Origin: Elusimicrobiota bacterium
GTDB lineage: Bacteria; CG03; SLGR01; JAGXOG01
Length of the DNA stretch: 64,000 bases
NCBI GenBank assembly: GCA_051745145.1
Contig: JBNJDT010000004.1
Span: 13,698 to 77,697 of the forward strand
Reading direction: 5' to 3'
Shown here: positions 63,322 to 64,000 of the stretch, in pieces
Layout of the letters: each line of letters starts with the position of its first letter
How positions within the stretch are numbered: position 1 is the stretch's first letter
Notes under the pieces: model-generated
What the model was told of the DNA's origin: nothing
The model's database searches: none
What the model saw: only the letters and a program-made list of their open reading frames with translations
Translations under genes and position numbers: made by a program

Positions 63322-63556
63322 TTTTACCTCCGTAAAAAATAGTAGTATTTTAATATAGTTACTCTTACTACTAATACTTACATATAGTTTAAAAAAAATC
63401 AAAGGGAAAAAGGATTTTATATAACTCAGCTATAGGATTCTCTTTTTTTAAATGTTAAAAGTACCGGGTATGCAAATTCTTATTTTATCGGTAGCAAGAT
63501 GATTGATATTGGATAGAGAAAAGGTTAAATTTATTAGCATTAAGGTTAAAATACTA

Positions 63557-63935
63557 TGGTGCCGAAGGTGGGATTCCTCTTTTGACTCCTGCCGGAGTCA
63601 TTAGAGCCGGCTTCATTCGCTGACGTTCTTCGAACTTTTCTCCCCTGAGGGAGCGCTCATTCGCTTCGAATCCCGTATATGTTACACATTTTTGTATTGG
63701 AGGATTTCAAGTTATTTAAGCTTTTTTTTAATATGGTGGTGCCGAAGGTGGGATTCCTCTTTTGACTCCTGCCGGAGTCATTAGAGCCGGCTTCATTCGC
63801 TGACGTTCTTCGAACTTTTCTCCCTTGTGGGAGCGCTCATTCGCTTCGAATCCCGTATATGTTACACATTTTTGTATTGGGGGATTTCAAGTTATTTAAG
63901 GTTTTTTTAATATGGTGGTGCCGAAGGTGGGATTC
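63557..63935 (-). repeat. tRNA-Leu-linked tandem repeat: two ~180-bp units, three copies of the 20-nt tRNA 3' end
   Basis: TGGTGCCGAAGGTGGGATTC at 63557, 63737 and 63916; units 63557-63736 and 63737-63915 differ by 4 substitutions and one poly-T indel. Confidence 0.95.
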
Positions 63936-64000
63936 GAACCCACACAGGCGATAACCTACACGGACCTGAACCGTGCGCGTCTGCCAGTTCCGCCACTTCG
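63916..64000 (-). tRNA. tRNA-Leu(CAG), first ~2 nt cut off by the window end
   Basis: Reverse complement CGAAGTGGCGGAACTGGCAGACGCG-CACGG-TTCAGGT-CCGTG-long variable arm-GGGTTCGAATCCC-ACCTTCGGCACCA. Confidence 0.96.

Noticed and set aside
63322..63402. Longer N-terminus called for the 62365-63402 ORF
   Set aside because: A strong SD and signal peptide support ATG 63321
63557..63935. CRISPR array interpretation of the three 20-nt repeats
   Set aside because: The intervening sequences are ~160 bp and nearly identical to each other, the repeat is the tRNA-Leu 3' end, and no cas genes are present
55141..63935. Integrated genomic island or prophage at tRNA-Leu
   Set aside because: No integrase, phage or conjugation genes; no further copy of the tRNA 3' end noticed left of 63557; composition and CCGG signature resemble the core genes

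Overview
AT-rich bacterial chromosomal window, almost all on the + strand and dominated by housekeeping genes. In order: secA (5'-truncated)-lnt-prfB (programmed +1 frameshift); a small accessory block (tandem rhodanese, YhaO/YhaN-like nuclease-ATPase pair, flavodoxin, DUF6485-like, Nudix, radical SAM, a three-domain BMC shell protein, yggS); a tRNA-Thr/Tyr/Gly/Thr-tuf-rpmG-tRNA-Trp-secE-nusG-rplKAJL-rpoBC-rpsLG-fusA-tuf-S10-spc-alpha superoperon lacking rpmD; mreBCD-mrdA-rodA-radical SAM-rng; a second accessory block (Yip1-like, DUF1614-like, divergent type IA topoisomerase, GerMN, DUF493, PLD lipoprotein, SDR); and a minus-strand tRNA-Leu(CAG) followed by two ~180-bp structured tandem repeats that each regenerate the tRNA 3' end. 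The proteins are divergent, suggesting a poorly characterised lineage (Elusimicrobiota-like is only a guess). Most notable: an orphan triple-BMC-domain protein, the tRNA-Leu-linked structured repeat array, strong CCGG over-representation, RNAP with natural substitutions at rifampicin-pocket positions and a large novel beta' insertion, and a probable ATT start for yggS. All family calls come from motif recognition by eye, not database searches.
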